Assembly: GCA_943788915.1 (NCBI GenBank)
Contig: CALSSD010000013.1
Location: 310,001 to 370,142, forward strand
DNA: 60,142 nt
DNA from: an uncultured Acidimicrobiales bacterium
GTDB taxonomy: Bacteria > Actinomycetota > Acidimicrobiia > Acidimicrobiales > UBA10347
Direction of reading: 5' to 3'
In this document: positions 31,451-42,015 of the stretch, one piece after another
Position numbering within the stretch: the first letter of the stretch is position 1
Layout of the letters: the number at the start of each line of letters is the position of its first letter
Program-made: the position numbers and the translations under genes
The notes under the pieces: generated by a model
What the model saw: only the letters and a program-made list of their open reading frames with translations
Database searches by the model: none
Told to the model about the DNA's origin: nothing

Positions 31451-31873
31451 TCACAACAAATCGCTGACATCGATGAGGTCGTCGAGCGCAGCTTCGGGGC
31501 TGTGGGTCTCGGCAGGGAAGACTGCGATGTGATTTGCGGCGCCGATGAGCGTGGCGTCCTTGTCAATGCTGGCGAAAAGTCGAAGGTGCTCGGGGAGATT
31601 GATTCGACCCTGAGCATCGATCGATGATTGTGAAACCGCCGCCATGAAGTTGGTGAGTTGGCGTTGCGTGAAGCGGCCTTCACGTTTTGCCTCTTGCAGC
31701 CGCCCGACCATGAGTTTGAACTGATCAGCGGAATAGACGGTGAGACACCGTTGGCTGGTTTCAGCGGCGATGTAACACACGCGCTCCTCGCCGAAGCCGT
31801 CGCGAAATACAGCTGGCAAAGCGACGCGTCCTTTGGCGTCGATGCGGTGCTGATATGCGCCGAAAAATTCCAC
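31451..31873 (-). CDS. mraZ: Division/cell wall cluster transcriptional repressor MraZ
   Basis: Two DxxGR motifs (IDAKGRVALP, IDAQGRINLP); first gene of the dcw cluster. Confidence 0.93.
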   Translation of the reverse strand: MEFFGAYQHRIDAKGRVALPAVFRDGFGEERVCYIAAETSQRCLTVYSADQFKLMVGRLQEAKREGRFTQRQLTNFMAAVSQSSIDAQGRINLPEHLRLFASIDKDATLIGAANHIAVFPAETHSPEAALDDLIDVSDLL

Positions 31874-32000
31874 AAAAAGTCCGAAGGTTCCATCCCAGAG
31901 CGAGTCCCTATGACTCCGAGGCGGAGCTGCGTTGTTCGACCGTTGAAAACCATTGTTGGTCCCCTCTTGCCGGTGGCAGTCCGCTTACTCAACACAGGTC

Positions 32001-32063
32001 ACAATAACCACACCAGCCCCACCCGTCAACACTTATGCCCCACTTTCCCCCACTCTTCCCCAC
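32001..32063 (-). promoter_or_regulatory. dcw promoter with MraZ operator boxes
   Basis: TTGACG (32029-32024), 17-nt spacer, TATTGT (32006-32001). GTGGGG boxes at 10-bp spacing start at 32063, 32053 and 32043, and one more lies inside the spacer. Confidence 0.85.
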
Positions 32064-32129
32064 CAAGAGACGGCACAACACGCATGAGCCAGTGCCATGA
32101 TCGTTGCAGCCGCAACGATCTCAGGACTT

Positions 32130-32808
32130 TCAGCTGGTGGTAAAGGCCTGCAGAATTGCGGCCTCGACTGCCGCTGGCTTGAGACCCAGATCGTGAATCT
32201 GTAGCGAGTCACGCACAATCGTTTGGTCCAAAGGCATCAGATAGTCGCTGACCCGAGCGCTAGATCCGTCGAGTACCGCCATTGATTGGACTCTGCTTCC
32301 CCACCGGGTGCGCCTCTGCGACAACCCCACGACCTTGGCCCCATCAATCGTGAGTTCTCCCCACCCGGTCCCGGCCCAGCACGCAAGTGTCGACGCTTCG
32401 GTTCGACCAGGCGATGCCACACACAGGTCAGTTGCGACACCCAATGAACGGAATGCCTTCTGCCATAACCGGCCGACAAGCAGGAAGTTCTCGGCCAAGT
32501 CGGATGACCAGAATCGACTAGAACGGGGCGCAACAAGGTCGATCCAGACCGTCGATGACGGGGCGACATACACCGCGCCGCCTCCACTACGGCGAGCCGC
32601 GAGTGCGACGCCGTCTTTACGCAGTCGTTCCTGGTCAAAGATCTCTGGACGTTGGGAACTACCCATCACCACCGCAGACGAAGTCGGCTCCATGATCCAC
32701 AACTCCGCGGCATCACCCTCGGTCGGGATAGGTAGCGCATGCAGTTCGGCTGCAGTACCAGCGAACCTGCGTTGTTCAGGGCTCCTTGTTCGGAGCGCTG
32801 GTGTTCAA
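32130..32808 (-). CDS. Lipoate-protein ligase A family protein (5' end needs a 1-nt correction near 32780)
   Basis: RRSGGGAV, KVVGLSQRR. The frame is open upstream of 32702 (EQRRFAGTAAELHA) but has no start unless one C of CCC is removed, which links it to TTG 32808. Confidence 0.78.
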
Positions 32809-33074
32809 CCACGTTCGGGCAACGCTCGCATGGACCGACACCACTCGAGATACACGATTGCGTCGTGCGCCGTCGGCAACTCGTCGGGGTTTCCTGACAA
32901 CGTGACGTTTCGGAACGCCATGTAGTCAGAACGGGGAACCGGAAGATGTGACCCGCTTGCCCACCAGCGCTGTGGCGCCAGCGACACTGCCTGCCGCATC
33001 GCGGTTGGAATGAGTTGTGGCTTCTTCACCAATGAGAACAGGATCCGGGCGGCGAATGAGGCAGTTGCGATCAC
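32805..33074 (-). CDS. Small hypothetical protein
   Basis: LAPQRWW...LPVP.SDYMAFR...VYLEWC pattern recalled from Acidimicrobiia hypothetical proteins; fills the gap divergent from moxR. Confidence 0.6.
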   Translation of the reverse strand: MIATASFAARILFSLVKKPQLIPTAMRQAVSLAPQRWWASGSHLPVPRSDYMAFRNVTLSGNPDELPTAHDAIVYLEWCRSMRALPERG

Positions 33075-33161
33075 CGTCCGAATCTACCGGCAGGAAGGGG
33101 GCCGCCCTGGATTGGTGCACACAAGTGGCTATCGTTGCCCGGCAGGCAAGCCGGAGGACAT

Positions 33162-34130
33162 GTGAGTCAACAAGTAGCTGAGACGCCGCGCGTCGAATCG
33201 TTTACCGATTTGTTCCGCACGATGACAGCAAACATCGAACAAGTAATCAAGGGCAAACGAGATGTCGTGCAGCTGACGTTGCTCGCGCTCTTGGCCGAGG
33301 GCCACGTGCTTCTCGAGGATGCCCCAGGAGTTGGCAAGACCACCATCGGAAAAGCGTTAGCTGCGACCCTCGATGTGCCTTTCGGGCGAATCCAGTTCAC
33401 GCCCGACCTGTTGCCGAGCGATGTAGTCGGTGTATCCATCTGGAATCGCAGCACCAACGAATTCGAATTTCGCCCAGGACCGATCTTTAACGGCATCGTG
33501 CTTGCCGACGAAGTCAACCGGAGCTCGCCCAAGACCCAATCCGCGCTTCTCGAAGCAATGGCCGAACGTCAGGTAACAACCGACGGCACGACCCGACCGC
33601 TGAACCAACCGTTCATGGTGATCGCTACCCAGAATCCGCTGGACCACGCTGGCACCTATCCCCTGCCTGAAAGCCAACTTGACCGGTTCTTGGTAAAGGT
33701 CTCGGTTGGGTACCCCGATCGCGAAGCAGAACTCGAGATCCTCGATTCACACGGCGGCGCCGACCTCCTTTCCAAGGTGCAAGCAATTACTGATACCCGC
33801 AAGGTGCAGTCGATGATTCGGGCGGTTAAGTCCGTTCATGTGTCGCCCGCGTTGCAGGGCTATCTGGTGGACGTTGCCGAGGCGACCCGTCGCCATCCAG
33901 CGCTCAGCCTTGGCGCCTCGCCTCGCGCAACCCTCGCGCTCCAACGGATGGCTCGCGCTCGAGCAGCAGCCGCTGGCCGCAACTTCGCGACCCCGGACGA
34001 TGTCAAAGCCCTAGCACCACACGTCCTGTCGCACCGACTCATGCTGAATCACGACGCCGAGTTGCGTGGTGTGACACCAGCCGAACTGATCGATGAGATC
34101 TTGCAGGTGATTCCCGCCGGAGCAGCCTGA
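33162..34130 (+). CDS. moxR: MoxR-family AAA+ ATPase
   Basis: EDAPGVGKT, RIQFTPDLLPSD, DEVNR, ATQNP, LPESQLDRF; RBS GGAGG. Confidence 0.95.
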   Translation: MSQQVAETPRVESFTDLFRTMTANIEQVIKGKRDVVQLTLLALLAEGHVLLEDAPGVGKTTIGKALAATLDVPFGRIQFTPDLLPSDVVGVSIWNRSTNEFEFRPGPIFNGIVLADEVNRSSPKTQSALLEAMAERQVTTDGTTRPLNQPFMVIATQNPLDHAGTYPLPESQLDRFLVKVSVGYPDREAELEILDSHGGADLLSKVQAITDTRKVQSMIRAVKSVHVSPALQGYLVDVAEATRRHPALSLGASPRATLALQRMARARAAAAGRNFATPDDVKALAPHVLSHRLMLNHDAELRGVTPAELIDEILQVIPAGAA

Positions 34131-34134
34131 CGCC

Positions 34135-35292
34135 ATGCCGACTCGAGCTGGCTTTGCGACCGCGACGTTCGCGGTCCTTGCACTGGTCGCGGGGCGGGTG
34201 TTCGGCATCTTCGAGTTGTACATCATTGCGGCATCGATGCTGGCACTCGTTGCCTGCGCGAGCTTGTGGGTGCTTCTGAACTGGCGCTCGCTGCACGTGC
34301 GCCGTATGGTCAACCCTGCGCGGCTGCACGCCGGTTCGACCACCACCGTCACGCTCGACCTGTCGAATCAGAGGCTTGTACCTACCGCTGTCGCCCGCAT
34401 CACCGACGAAGTCGAGGGCACAATCCGCGCCGATGCGCACGTGCCGCCGATTCGCAGAAATGCGAACACTCGGGCAAGTTATCGAGTGCCAACCCAGACC
34501 AGAGGACGAGTCGGCATCGGACCGATGAAGACCCGAGTTACCGACCCGTTCGGTTTGGCATCTTCTACCCGCACGTCGGCTCCTGACACGAGTCTGCTGG
34601 TACTTCCACGAGTCGACACCATCTCGCCGCCTCCCCAACCTGGAGGGACAACGGCCCAACAAATGGATCGCTCACCAAATCGAGTTGGCAGCAACGGCGA
34701 CGACTTCTCCTCCCTTCGGGCGTACGCGATAGGCGATGATCTCCGCAAGGTCCATTGGCCAAGCAGCGCCCACAACGGCGAATTGGTGGTGCGCAACGAG
34801 CACATCCCTGAACACGGCCACTCAATGGTGCTGCTCGACGTTCGCGCAAGCGCCGCCGACGCCGACAGATTCGAACTCATGGTCTCCGCTGCTGCAAGCA
34901 TCGTGGTTGCATGCCGAGAACGGGGCGACCGGGTACGACTGGTGACAACCAACGGACTCGATCACATCGCAGATACGTCTGCTGGTTGCGATGCCATCCT
35001 CGACCTCCTTGCGGTCGTCGAACAGTCCAAGTCCAACTCGGTCTCCCTGCCGTTTCGTGCAGGTCGCAGCGGTTCCGAAACGAGCGCGACGGTGGTGGCC
35101 GACGATGCTGACACGCTCATTGCTTCGATGCATTCTGGACGCATTGCTGGTCAGAGCAACTATGTCGTGCGGTTCCAGCCCGAGGGGGCGAGCCCCCAAG
35201 CCGGTTCGACACGGCTAACTTCGAGCCGCATGATCGACATCCAGCACGGCGATGATTTTGCATCGGCGTGGGCGCGAATCGTCCGACGATGA
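34135..35292 (+). CDS. DUF58 domain protein
   Basis: DPFGL, LRAYAIGDDLRKVHWPSSA, FELMVSAAAS; follows moxR. Confidence 0.9.
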   Translation: MPTRAGFATATFAVLALVAGRVFGIFELYIIAASMLALVACASLWVLLNWRSLHVRRMVNPARLHAGSTTTVTLDLSNQRLVPTAVARITDEVEGTIRADAHVPPIRRNANTRASYRVPTQTRGRVGIGPMKTRVTDPFGLASSTRTSAPDTSLLVLPRVDTISPPPQPGGTTAQQMDRSPNRVGSNGDDFSSLRAYAIGDDLRKVHWPSSAHNGELVVRNEHIPEHGHSMVLLDVRASAADADRFELMVSAAASIVVACRERGDRVRLVTTNGLDHIADTSAGCDAILDLLAVVEQSKSNSVSLPFRAGRSGSETSATVVADDADTLIASMHSGRIAGQSNYVVRFQPEGASPQAGSTRLTSSRMIDIQHGDDFASAWARIVRR

Positions 35293-37668
35293 CTTCTACG
35301 ACACAACCAGGTCTCTCGCAAGGTCAGGATCTGCGATGGGTATGGCTGGCATCGGAGATCTTGCTGGTAGCCACCTCGGTCTCAACGGTGTTCCTGTTAG
35401 GACGGATCTTCGCAGACGACACCTTCGTATCACCGTTGCTCTTCACCCTGATCGTCGGACACGGTGTGCTCATCGCCATGCGTTGGTTCGGTTTTGGGAC
35501 AGCAACTTCGGCGCTGCTGTCGCTTGTCGCCACAGTCGCAGCCGTTGTTGCCATTCATTATTCGGCATCGGCGCTGGCTGCGGTGGTGCCAACATCGGCA
35601 ACGATCGAACAGTTTCGTAGTGATATGACTCAGGCTCAGGAGCTGTTCCAGAGCACCAAGGCGCCAGTGCCTGCTGTAACCGGCTTTCTCGTGATCTCCT
35701 CACTCGGTCTGTGGATCATGGCCTTAGCTGCGGACTGGGCGGCATTTCGACTCTTCGCTCCGGGCCAGGCTCTTCTTCCTTTTGTTTCGCTACTGGTGTT
35801 CGTCTCGCTTCTGGGTGTCGACGAGAAACGTCTTGCCACTACCGCCACCGCGTTGATGTGTGGTGTGTTATTCCTGCTCGCCCACAGATCCGCTGCCCGA
35901 GCTGCGCACGGAGTGTGGCTCGACCACGGGCCCGGCCGTGGCTATGTCTCGCTCATGGCAGCGGGTGGCGTCGTTGCGGTGATAGCGGCACTTGCGGGGG
36001 TACTCGGCGGGCCAGCTGTTCCTGGCGCGAACGCAGCCCCACTTGTTGAGCTCGGCGAAGAATCACGAGAGCAGAACCGGCCACTCGAGGTCATTTCTCC
36101 GCTGGTACAGATTCAACCACGACTTATCGATCAGAGCGATCGAATCTTGTTTACCGTCGAGACAAACCAGCGGGCGTACTGGCGCATTGCTGCCCTCGAT
36201 GTGTTCGATGGCGCGTTGTGGCGTTCCCAAGGTCAGTTCCGGTCCGTAAATGACGATCTGCCAGTTGACTATCCCAGCGACGCCCCCGTCGATACCGTGA
36301 CCTCGACTTTCGACCTCGGTCAGCTCAATGTGGTCTGGGCACCCGCTGCCTATCTGCCAACGGGCTTCGAGAACCTGAGTGGAGTCGGCGTCAACTACGA
36401 GTCCGAAAGTGCGACCTTCATCGTCGACACCAACGATCAGCGCACCTCTGATGGCCTTGTCTATACCGTGACCTCTCAGATCCCTCGGTTCACGCCCGAT
36501 GGTTTGCGCCAGCTAGCAAACGAGAGCAACGAGGTCGCTGATCAGAGGTACCTGGATCTACCCGACGACTACAGCCCGCTCGCCCGGCAGACCGCCGAAC
36601 AACTGACCGCTGGCATGACATCGCCGTACGACAAGGCATTGGCGCTGCAAAACTATTTCCGTGACAACTTCACCTACGACATCGACGTCGCCAAAGGCCA
36701 CGACATCCGGCGGCTCGACGACTTTCTCAGGGTGCAACGCGGCTACTGCGAACAGTTCGCTGGCACCTACGCATCCATGGCTCGCGCCGTCGGACTGCCA
36801 TCCCGGGTCGCCACAGGATTCACACCTGGGGATCCCGACCCGAACAATCCGAACCACTATCTGGTCCGGGGCAAACATGCACACGCCTGGCCCGAGGTGT
36901 TTATTGCCGGCGCTGGCTGGGTTGCGTTTGAGCCGACGCCCGGGCGTGGCGCACCGAATGCATCTGAGTACACAGGCGTGCCCGAGGCCCAGGACTCATT
37001 CGATAGCGATGCATCCGGCGGCGACCAGGCCGCGGACGTTCCCGAGGCTCCGGCCGAACAAGCGAGCCAGGCCATTCCGCCAACACCAACACCGATTCCG
37101 CCCGACACCTTAGAGCCACCGCCCATGACCGAAGCCCAACAACTCGAGGCTGAAGCGGCTGCCGAGGCCGCAAGGCAGTCGAACGTCGTGCGTAATGTGC
37201 TGCTCGTTGTCGCTGTATTCACGGCCTGGGTATTTGGCATCCCCGCGCTTAAACGCCTGGCGCCAACGCCGACGGGCGACACGCATTGGAACCACACCAC
37301 GCCGGCGTATCACCTTGGCGTGGGCCCGCACCGTCGACTTCTTTGAGTCGCACGGCCAGGAGCCATTCGAGTCCGAGACGCTGCAGGAATACGCCGAGCG
37401 GGTGCAACTCAGCATCCCTGCTGTGTATCCGGCGTTCGGTGACCTCACTGAACTGGCCGTCGAAGCCTCCTATGATGCGGCGCCACCGACCGAAGAACAG
37501 GCTGATCGAGCCGAACTGCTCAGCCGCGAGATCGTCCACACCGTAGTCACCGCCCAACCATGGCCAGTACGAGGCGCGATGGAAATCGATCCCCGGCCAT
37601 TGATCAAGACCAGTGACCCGGTGGCAGATCTCGCACACCGACTCGCAGCAGGCGCTGGCACCAGCTAG
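35289..37668 (+). CDS. Membrane transglutaminase-like protein (TgpA type), apparent +1 frameshift near 37254
   Basis: Multi-TM N-terminus, YWR, GYCEQFA (catalytic Cys), HAWPEV, FEPTP; the C-terminal segment (ETLQEYAER) continues in the next frame. Confidence 0.85.
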
Positions 37669-37794
37669 CAGGCACACAGGTTGCCAGCCAGCGCTGCCGG
37701 GCAGCTTCCGCCAGCCGAGCGGCGTGTCACAGCGGGCATCACCGCTATGCGACAAGACGTCGACACGTCTTAACGACCTGTCAGTCCTGCAGGT

Positions 37795-38169
37795 TTAGGT
37801 TTCTTCGTCCTTGAGGCGGTCGCGCAGACGCTGGGCTGGCTCGGCGAACGGGCCCCGGCCAGAACCTCGGAGCTGCTGTGCGATCTGGTCGATCCCGACT
37901 TTGCCAAGTGAGCGAGCGCCACGTTCAAACACAAGCGCAGCAGCAAGCATGACGAGGAAGCCGCCAAAGGCGAACAGATAGCTCGTAGAAAGAGTCACAA
38001 CCATGACGATGAGGCCAGCTGCGAAGCCGACAGCTGCCCACCGAACACTACGCAAAGGCGCGGTGTACACCGTGGTGGACCCGACCTCCTTCGCAAGACT
38101 CGGATCGCTCTCGTAGAGCTTGTCCTCGATCTCACTGAGAATTCGCTGCTCGTCTTCTGAAAGCGGCAC
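37795..38169 (-). CDS. DUF3040 domain membrane protein
   Basis: PLSEDEQRILSEIEDKLYESDP followed by two TM helices. Confidence 0.88.
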   Translation of the reverse strand: MPLSEDEQRILSEIEDKLYESDPSLAKEVGSTTVYTAPLRSVRWAAVGFAAGLIVMVVTLSTSYLFAFGGFLVMLAAALVFERGARSLGKVGIDQIAQQLRGSGRGPFAEPAQRLRDRLKDEET

Positions 38170-38253
38170 GTGCACATCATCCCACAGCACAGGCCAGACA
38201 ACAACGCGGACTGGCCAAATATTGTATGAATCAGGCCGATTCTCCCCAGACCT

Positions 38254-39501
38254 TTATCCCCAGGGCTTCTCGTTCTTGTCACGAGTCAAACGTTCGCCCG
38301 TTTTTGCCAACACCGCAGGGCCGATGGAATCGGTACCGAACTTGCGACGTATCTCGTCGATGGCTTCATCCGCAAGTTTCCAGTCAGCTCGGTCATCGCC
38401 GTCGAGCACGTCGTCGAGGGAGAGCTGCTGATGTTGTTCTTCTTCCAACCCTGTGGTTCCAACACCGAGCAATCGAATACCGCCGCTGACGTCGACCTTG
38501 GCCAACAGCTCTTGGGCCAGGTGGGCGATCCCGATACCGCTGTCGGTCGGGCTCGGCGGCGTCAGGCTTCGGGTGATCGTACTGAAGTCGCCGAAGCGCA
38601 CCTTGATCGAAACCGTACGCGCTTTGACTCCGGCCTTGCGCAACCGGGCTGCGACCGTATCGCTCATCCGCACGAGGTGGCGGTCAAGGTCAATCCTGTC
38701 GTGCAAGTCGAACTGGAACGTCTGTTCTTGACTAATCGATTTGGCCTGCTGTTCTGGCTCGACCGGCCGGGTGTCACGGGCGTGGGCCAGGTTGTACAAG
38801 TGGGTACCTGATGCCTTACCGATAACGCCGATCACTCGGTCGATGGGCATAACGGCGATGTCGCCCACCGTGGTAATCCCCAGTCGTTCAAGTTTGGCCA
38901 TGGTGGCAGGGCCGACGCCCCACAAAGCCCGCGCAGGTAGCGGGTGTAAGAACTCGAGCTCGCGTCCGGGGGCGACCACAAAGACACCAGTTCCAGGAAT
39001 AGGGCCACCACGGCTCGCGGTAGGTTTCGCCCGCTCCGACGCGAGTTTGGCGACGAACTTGCTGGCAGCGACGCCAGCAGAACACCACAGACCAACCTCG
39101 TCAAAAATCGTGGCCCGCAACTTGGTAGCAATCGCGCTACCGCTACCGAACAGGCGCCGAGCCGATGTGACATCAAGAAATGCCTCGTCGAGCGACAGAG
39201 GCTCGATCAGTGGCGTGAAACGCGCCATGATGTCCATGATCTGGACACTGAGCTCCCGGTAATAGTCGTGGTCGCCGTCGAGGAAGACTGCTGTTGGGCA
39301 CAACCGCCTGGCTTGTGCCGAAGGCATGGCCGACTTGACGCCATAGAAGCGCGCCTCGTAGCTGGCCGCAGCGACCACACCCCGCCGACCGGCCCCACCA
39401 ACAACGACTGGCGAACCGCGTAGTTCTGGCCGTCGGAGTAATTCTGCGGACGCGTAGAACGCATCCATGTCCACGTGCAGGATGGTGCGTTCAGCCGCCA
39501 T
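38254..39501 (-). CDS. dinB: DNA polymerase IV
   Basis: HVDMDAFYAS, ASYEAR, SLDEAFLD, LWGVG, RLLGV, clamp motif QLSL. Confidence 0.96.
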   Translation of the reverse strand: MAAERTILHVDMDAFYASAELLRRPELRGSPVVVGGAGRRGVVAAASYEARFYGVKSAMPSAQARRLCPTAVFLDGDHDYYRELSVQIMDIMARFTPLIEPLSLDEAFLDVTSARRLFGSGSAIATKLRATIFDEVGLWCSAGVAASKFVAKLASERAKPTASRGGPIPGTGVFVVAPGRELEFLHPLPARALWGVGPATMAKLERLGITTVGDIAVMPIDRVIGVIGKASGTHLYNLAHARDTRPVEPEQQAKSISQEQTFQFDLHDRIDLDRHLVRMSDTVAARLRKAGVKARTVSIKVRFGDFSTITRSLTPPSPTDSGIGIAHLAQELLAKVDVSGGIRLLGVGTTGLEEEQHQQLSLDDVLDGDDRADWKLADEAIDEIRRKFGTDSIGPAVLAKTGERLTRDKNEKPWG

Positions 39502-40030
39502 CGGTGAAGTCAACCAGCTCGCAGTCGAACTCGCGCCCGGTGCCGGTCACTCGGTACGTCCACTGGCCGGGACCCTTGCCCGCCACCTGCGGCTCACCAA
39601 AGAGCCGGCCAACACAATGTTGCAACGGTTCGCGTACCCAGGCAGGGCTCGTGTCCAGCAACGAATGTGCCAGATCTGGGCTGACCCATCGTCCGTCGAC
39701 CACAACATCGTCGGGATCGTCAACATGCAGCGCACCGGTGTGCCCTGAAGCCTGGAAGACTTGGGCATGCAGCGACATGTCACGGCCAACAAAGTCGACA
39801 TGAACGCTATACAACTTGTGCGACCAGCTATCAACGACGACCGAAGTCTCTTCGATGACTTCGCGTTGTAGCGCATGCAGCACTTCTTCCCCAGGGTCGA
39901 CCACGCCGCCCGGGGTGCTCCAATCCAACGAGCCGTTGCGCCGCTGGTTCTGAACCAACAGCAGCTGTTGCTGCTCGATGATGATGCCCGAAGCAACGGT
40001 GTAGGCCTGCACCTTCTTAGTATTACTCAC
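39491..40030 (-). CDS. NUDIX hydrolase
   Basis: Nudix box PGGVVDPGEEVLHALQREVIEET; start set at GTG 40030 because the longer ORF overlaps two plus-strand genes. Confidence 0.85.
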   Translation of the reverse strand: MSNTKKVQAYTVASGIIIEQQQLLLVQNQRRNGSLDWSTPGGVVDPGEEVLHALQREVIEETSVVVDSWSHKLYSVHVDFVGRDMSLHAQVFQASGHTGALHVDDPDDVVVDGRWVSPDLAHSLLDTSPAWVREPLQHCVGRLFGEPQVAGKGPGQWTYRVTGTGREFDCELVDFTDGG

Positions 40031-40046
40031 CAGTACCCTGGCTGCT

Positions 40047-40343
40047 GTGCCGAGCAATGAAGAGACCCAGCCCACGGTTGTTCCGTCGGCGCTTCCAAGC
40101 GGCCGAGCGCGAGCGCTCGCAGCCATCGCCATCCTGATTAGTGGGGCTTGTGGTGCCATGATTGGGTATTCGTTCGTCGAGCTGCAATGCACCGGCGACT
40201 GCACCGTGTGGAAGGGCGTCGGGCTATTGACCGGCGCCATCTTCGCATCGGTCGGCGTGGCGATTGTTTCGGTACTGACCTTGCGGGCCATGGACGAATG
40301 GCAGACGACCACCGAACGAGAGCGCAAGAAGCTCGATACGTGA
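40047..40343 (+). CDS. Small two-TM membrane protein
   Basis: Two hydrophobic helices, C-x3-C loop, LRAMDEW; GTGA overlap with the next gene. Confidence 0.7.
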   Translation: MPSNEETQPTVVPSALPSGRARALAAIAILISGACGAMIGYSFVELQCTGDCTVWKGVGLLTGAIFASVGVAIVSVLTLRAMDEWQTTTERERKKLDT

Positions 40344-41134
40344 CCGCACTCCATAATGAGCTCCATGAGCTGGCGTGTCTCATTGGCCGCGAGGCTGCTG
40401 CCATGGTTCTCGATCGCCATGGTGAGCTCCACGAAGCTGACACCAAGGCAAGCGACATCGACCTTGTCACCCAGATTGACCGGGCATCTGAGCAACTCAT
40501 CACGCAGCGTCTGCTTGCGGCCCGGCCCAACGACGGCATCGTCGGCGAAGAAGGTACCGCCGTCATCGGTACGTCCGGGGTCCAATGGCTTGTGGACCCG
40601 ATCGATGGCACCACCAGCTTCTTTTATGGGCTGCCCGGTTTCTCGGTATCGATCGCCGCCCGGCTCGATGGGCAGGTCGTCGCTGGCTGCGTCGTAGCCC
40701 CGGCGATCAACGCCGAATACAGCGCTGTGCTCGGTCGGGGCGCCACGATGAACGGCGAACCAATTTCATGCCGAGATACCTCGTCATTGTCGAAGGCACT
40801 CGTTGGCACAGGGTTTGCTCCTGATCACAGACGGCGCACCCGTCAGGGCCACATGTTCGCTGCGATCATTCCCCAGATCCGCGACATCCGCCGCATGGGA
40901 TCTGCAGCTCTCGACCTGAGTGCCGTGGCCGCTGGACAGCTCGACGCATACTTCGAGATCGGGCTCAGCCTGTGGGACTATGCAGCTGGTGTGCTCATTG
41001 CAGCCGAGGCCGGCGCACTCACCATCGTCGAGCCCGACCATGCATCAGATCGAGCATTCGTGGTCGCCGCGGCACCAGGTATCGCCGACGAACTGGTTGC
41101 GTTGCTACGAGCCCACAACGCGGACACCGTCTAG
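40340..41134 (+). CDS. Inositol monophosphatase family protein (SuhB-like)
   Basis: DLVT, GEEG, WLVDPIDGT, RRMGSAALDL, WDYAAG. Confidence 0.93.
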   Translation: MTALHNELHELACLIGREAAAMVLDRHGELHEADTKASDIDLVTQIDRASEQLITQRLLAARPNDGIVGEEGTAVIGTSGVQWLVDPIDGTTSFFYGLPGFSVSIAARLDGQVVAGCVVAPAINAEYSAVLGRGATMNGEPISCRDTSSLSKALVGTGFAPDHRRRTRQGHMFAAIIPQIRDIRRMGSAALDLSAVAAGQLDAYFEIGLSLWDYAAGVLIAAEAGALTIVEPDHASDRAFVVAAAPGIADELVALLRAHNADTV

Positions 41135-41313
41135 TCGGCACTCTGCAATCTGCGCTGCGTCATCTGCGAGTGGATCTTCACCGGGAATCTGCATCGGCAT
41201 TCCGCACCCTCTCATCCCTGTAATCCCCACCGCCGCGAGCACCGTTTGACCGGTGGCACCCAACTGACATCGGGGTCCATGACTCCCTGGCAAGCGTGGC
41301 GTACTATGCCAGG

Positions 41314-41997
41314 GTGGAAACACAAGTACTTACCGTCGAAGACGACGACTCCATTCGCACCGTTGTCAAGCTTGCGCTCGAAGACGAAGGATGGAGCGTT
41401 CTCGAGGCTGGCAACGGCGAAGACGCTCTTGAGCTGTTTCGCGACAAAGGTGCCGATGTCGTCCTCATCGACATCATGCTGCCGGGCATGAATGGGTTCG
41501 AGGTGTGCCGTTCTATTCGCCGCACCACAGATGTTCCCATCATCATGGTGACCGCTCGCAGCGACACCCACGATGTGGTGGCCGGACTCGAAGCTGGCGC
41601 CGACGACTACCTGACCAAGCCGTTCGAGCCAAAAGAACTTAGCGCTCGTATTCGGGCCCTGTTACGCCGGTCTCGTTCCGCAGGCACCGACGATGGTGGC
41701 CAGATGACCTTCGGTGAACTCGAAGTTAGCCCCGAGCAGGGTGTGGTCACGCTGCGGGGCGACCAGGTACATCTGACAAAGACCGAGTTCAAGCTCCTCG
41801 TCGAACTGGCATCGGGCCCTGGCAAGGTGTTTAGCCGCGAGACGCTCCTGGAAAAGGTCTGGGGTTACGACTACTTCGGCGATGGCCGACTCGTCGATGT
41901 GCATGTCCGACGCTTACGCACCAAGATCGAACCCGACCCAGCCGACCCACGTTACGTCGTTACCGTCCGAGGGCTCGGCTACAAGCTCGTTCCCTAA
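41314..41997 (+). CDS. OmpR-family response regulator (MtrA-like)
   Basis: VEDD, DIMLPG, GADDYLTKPF, RLVDVHVRRLR, TVRGLGY. Confidence 0.94.
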   Translation: METQVLTVEDDDSIRTVVKLALEDEGWSVLEAGNGEDALELFRDKGADVVLIDIMLPGMNGFEVCRSIRRTTDVPIIMVTARSDTHDVVAGLEAGADDYLTKPFEPKELSARIRALLRRSRSAGTDDGGQMTFGELEVSPEQGVVTLRGDQVHLTKTEFKLLVELASGPGKVFSRETLLEKVWGYDYFGDGRLVDVHVRRLRTKIEPDPADPRYVVTVRGLGYKLVP

Positions 41998-42015
41998 GCG
42001 GTCGGAAACATTGCT

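Noticed and set aside
30993..31454. 153-aa ORF between mraZ and rsmH
   Set aside because: It has Arg/Ser-rich composition, no motifs, and ends out of phase inside the repeat. It cannot be fully excluded because its start overlaps the mraZ stop.
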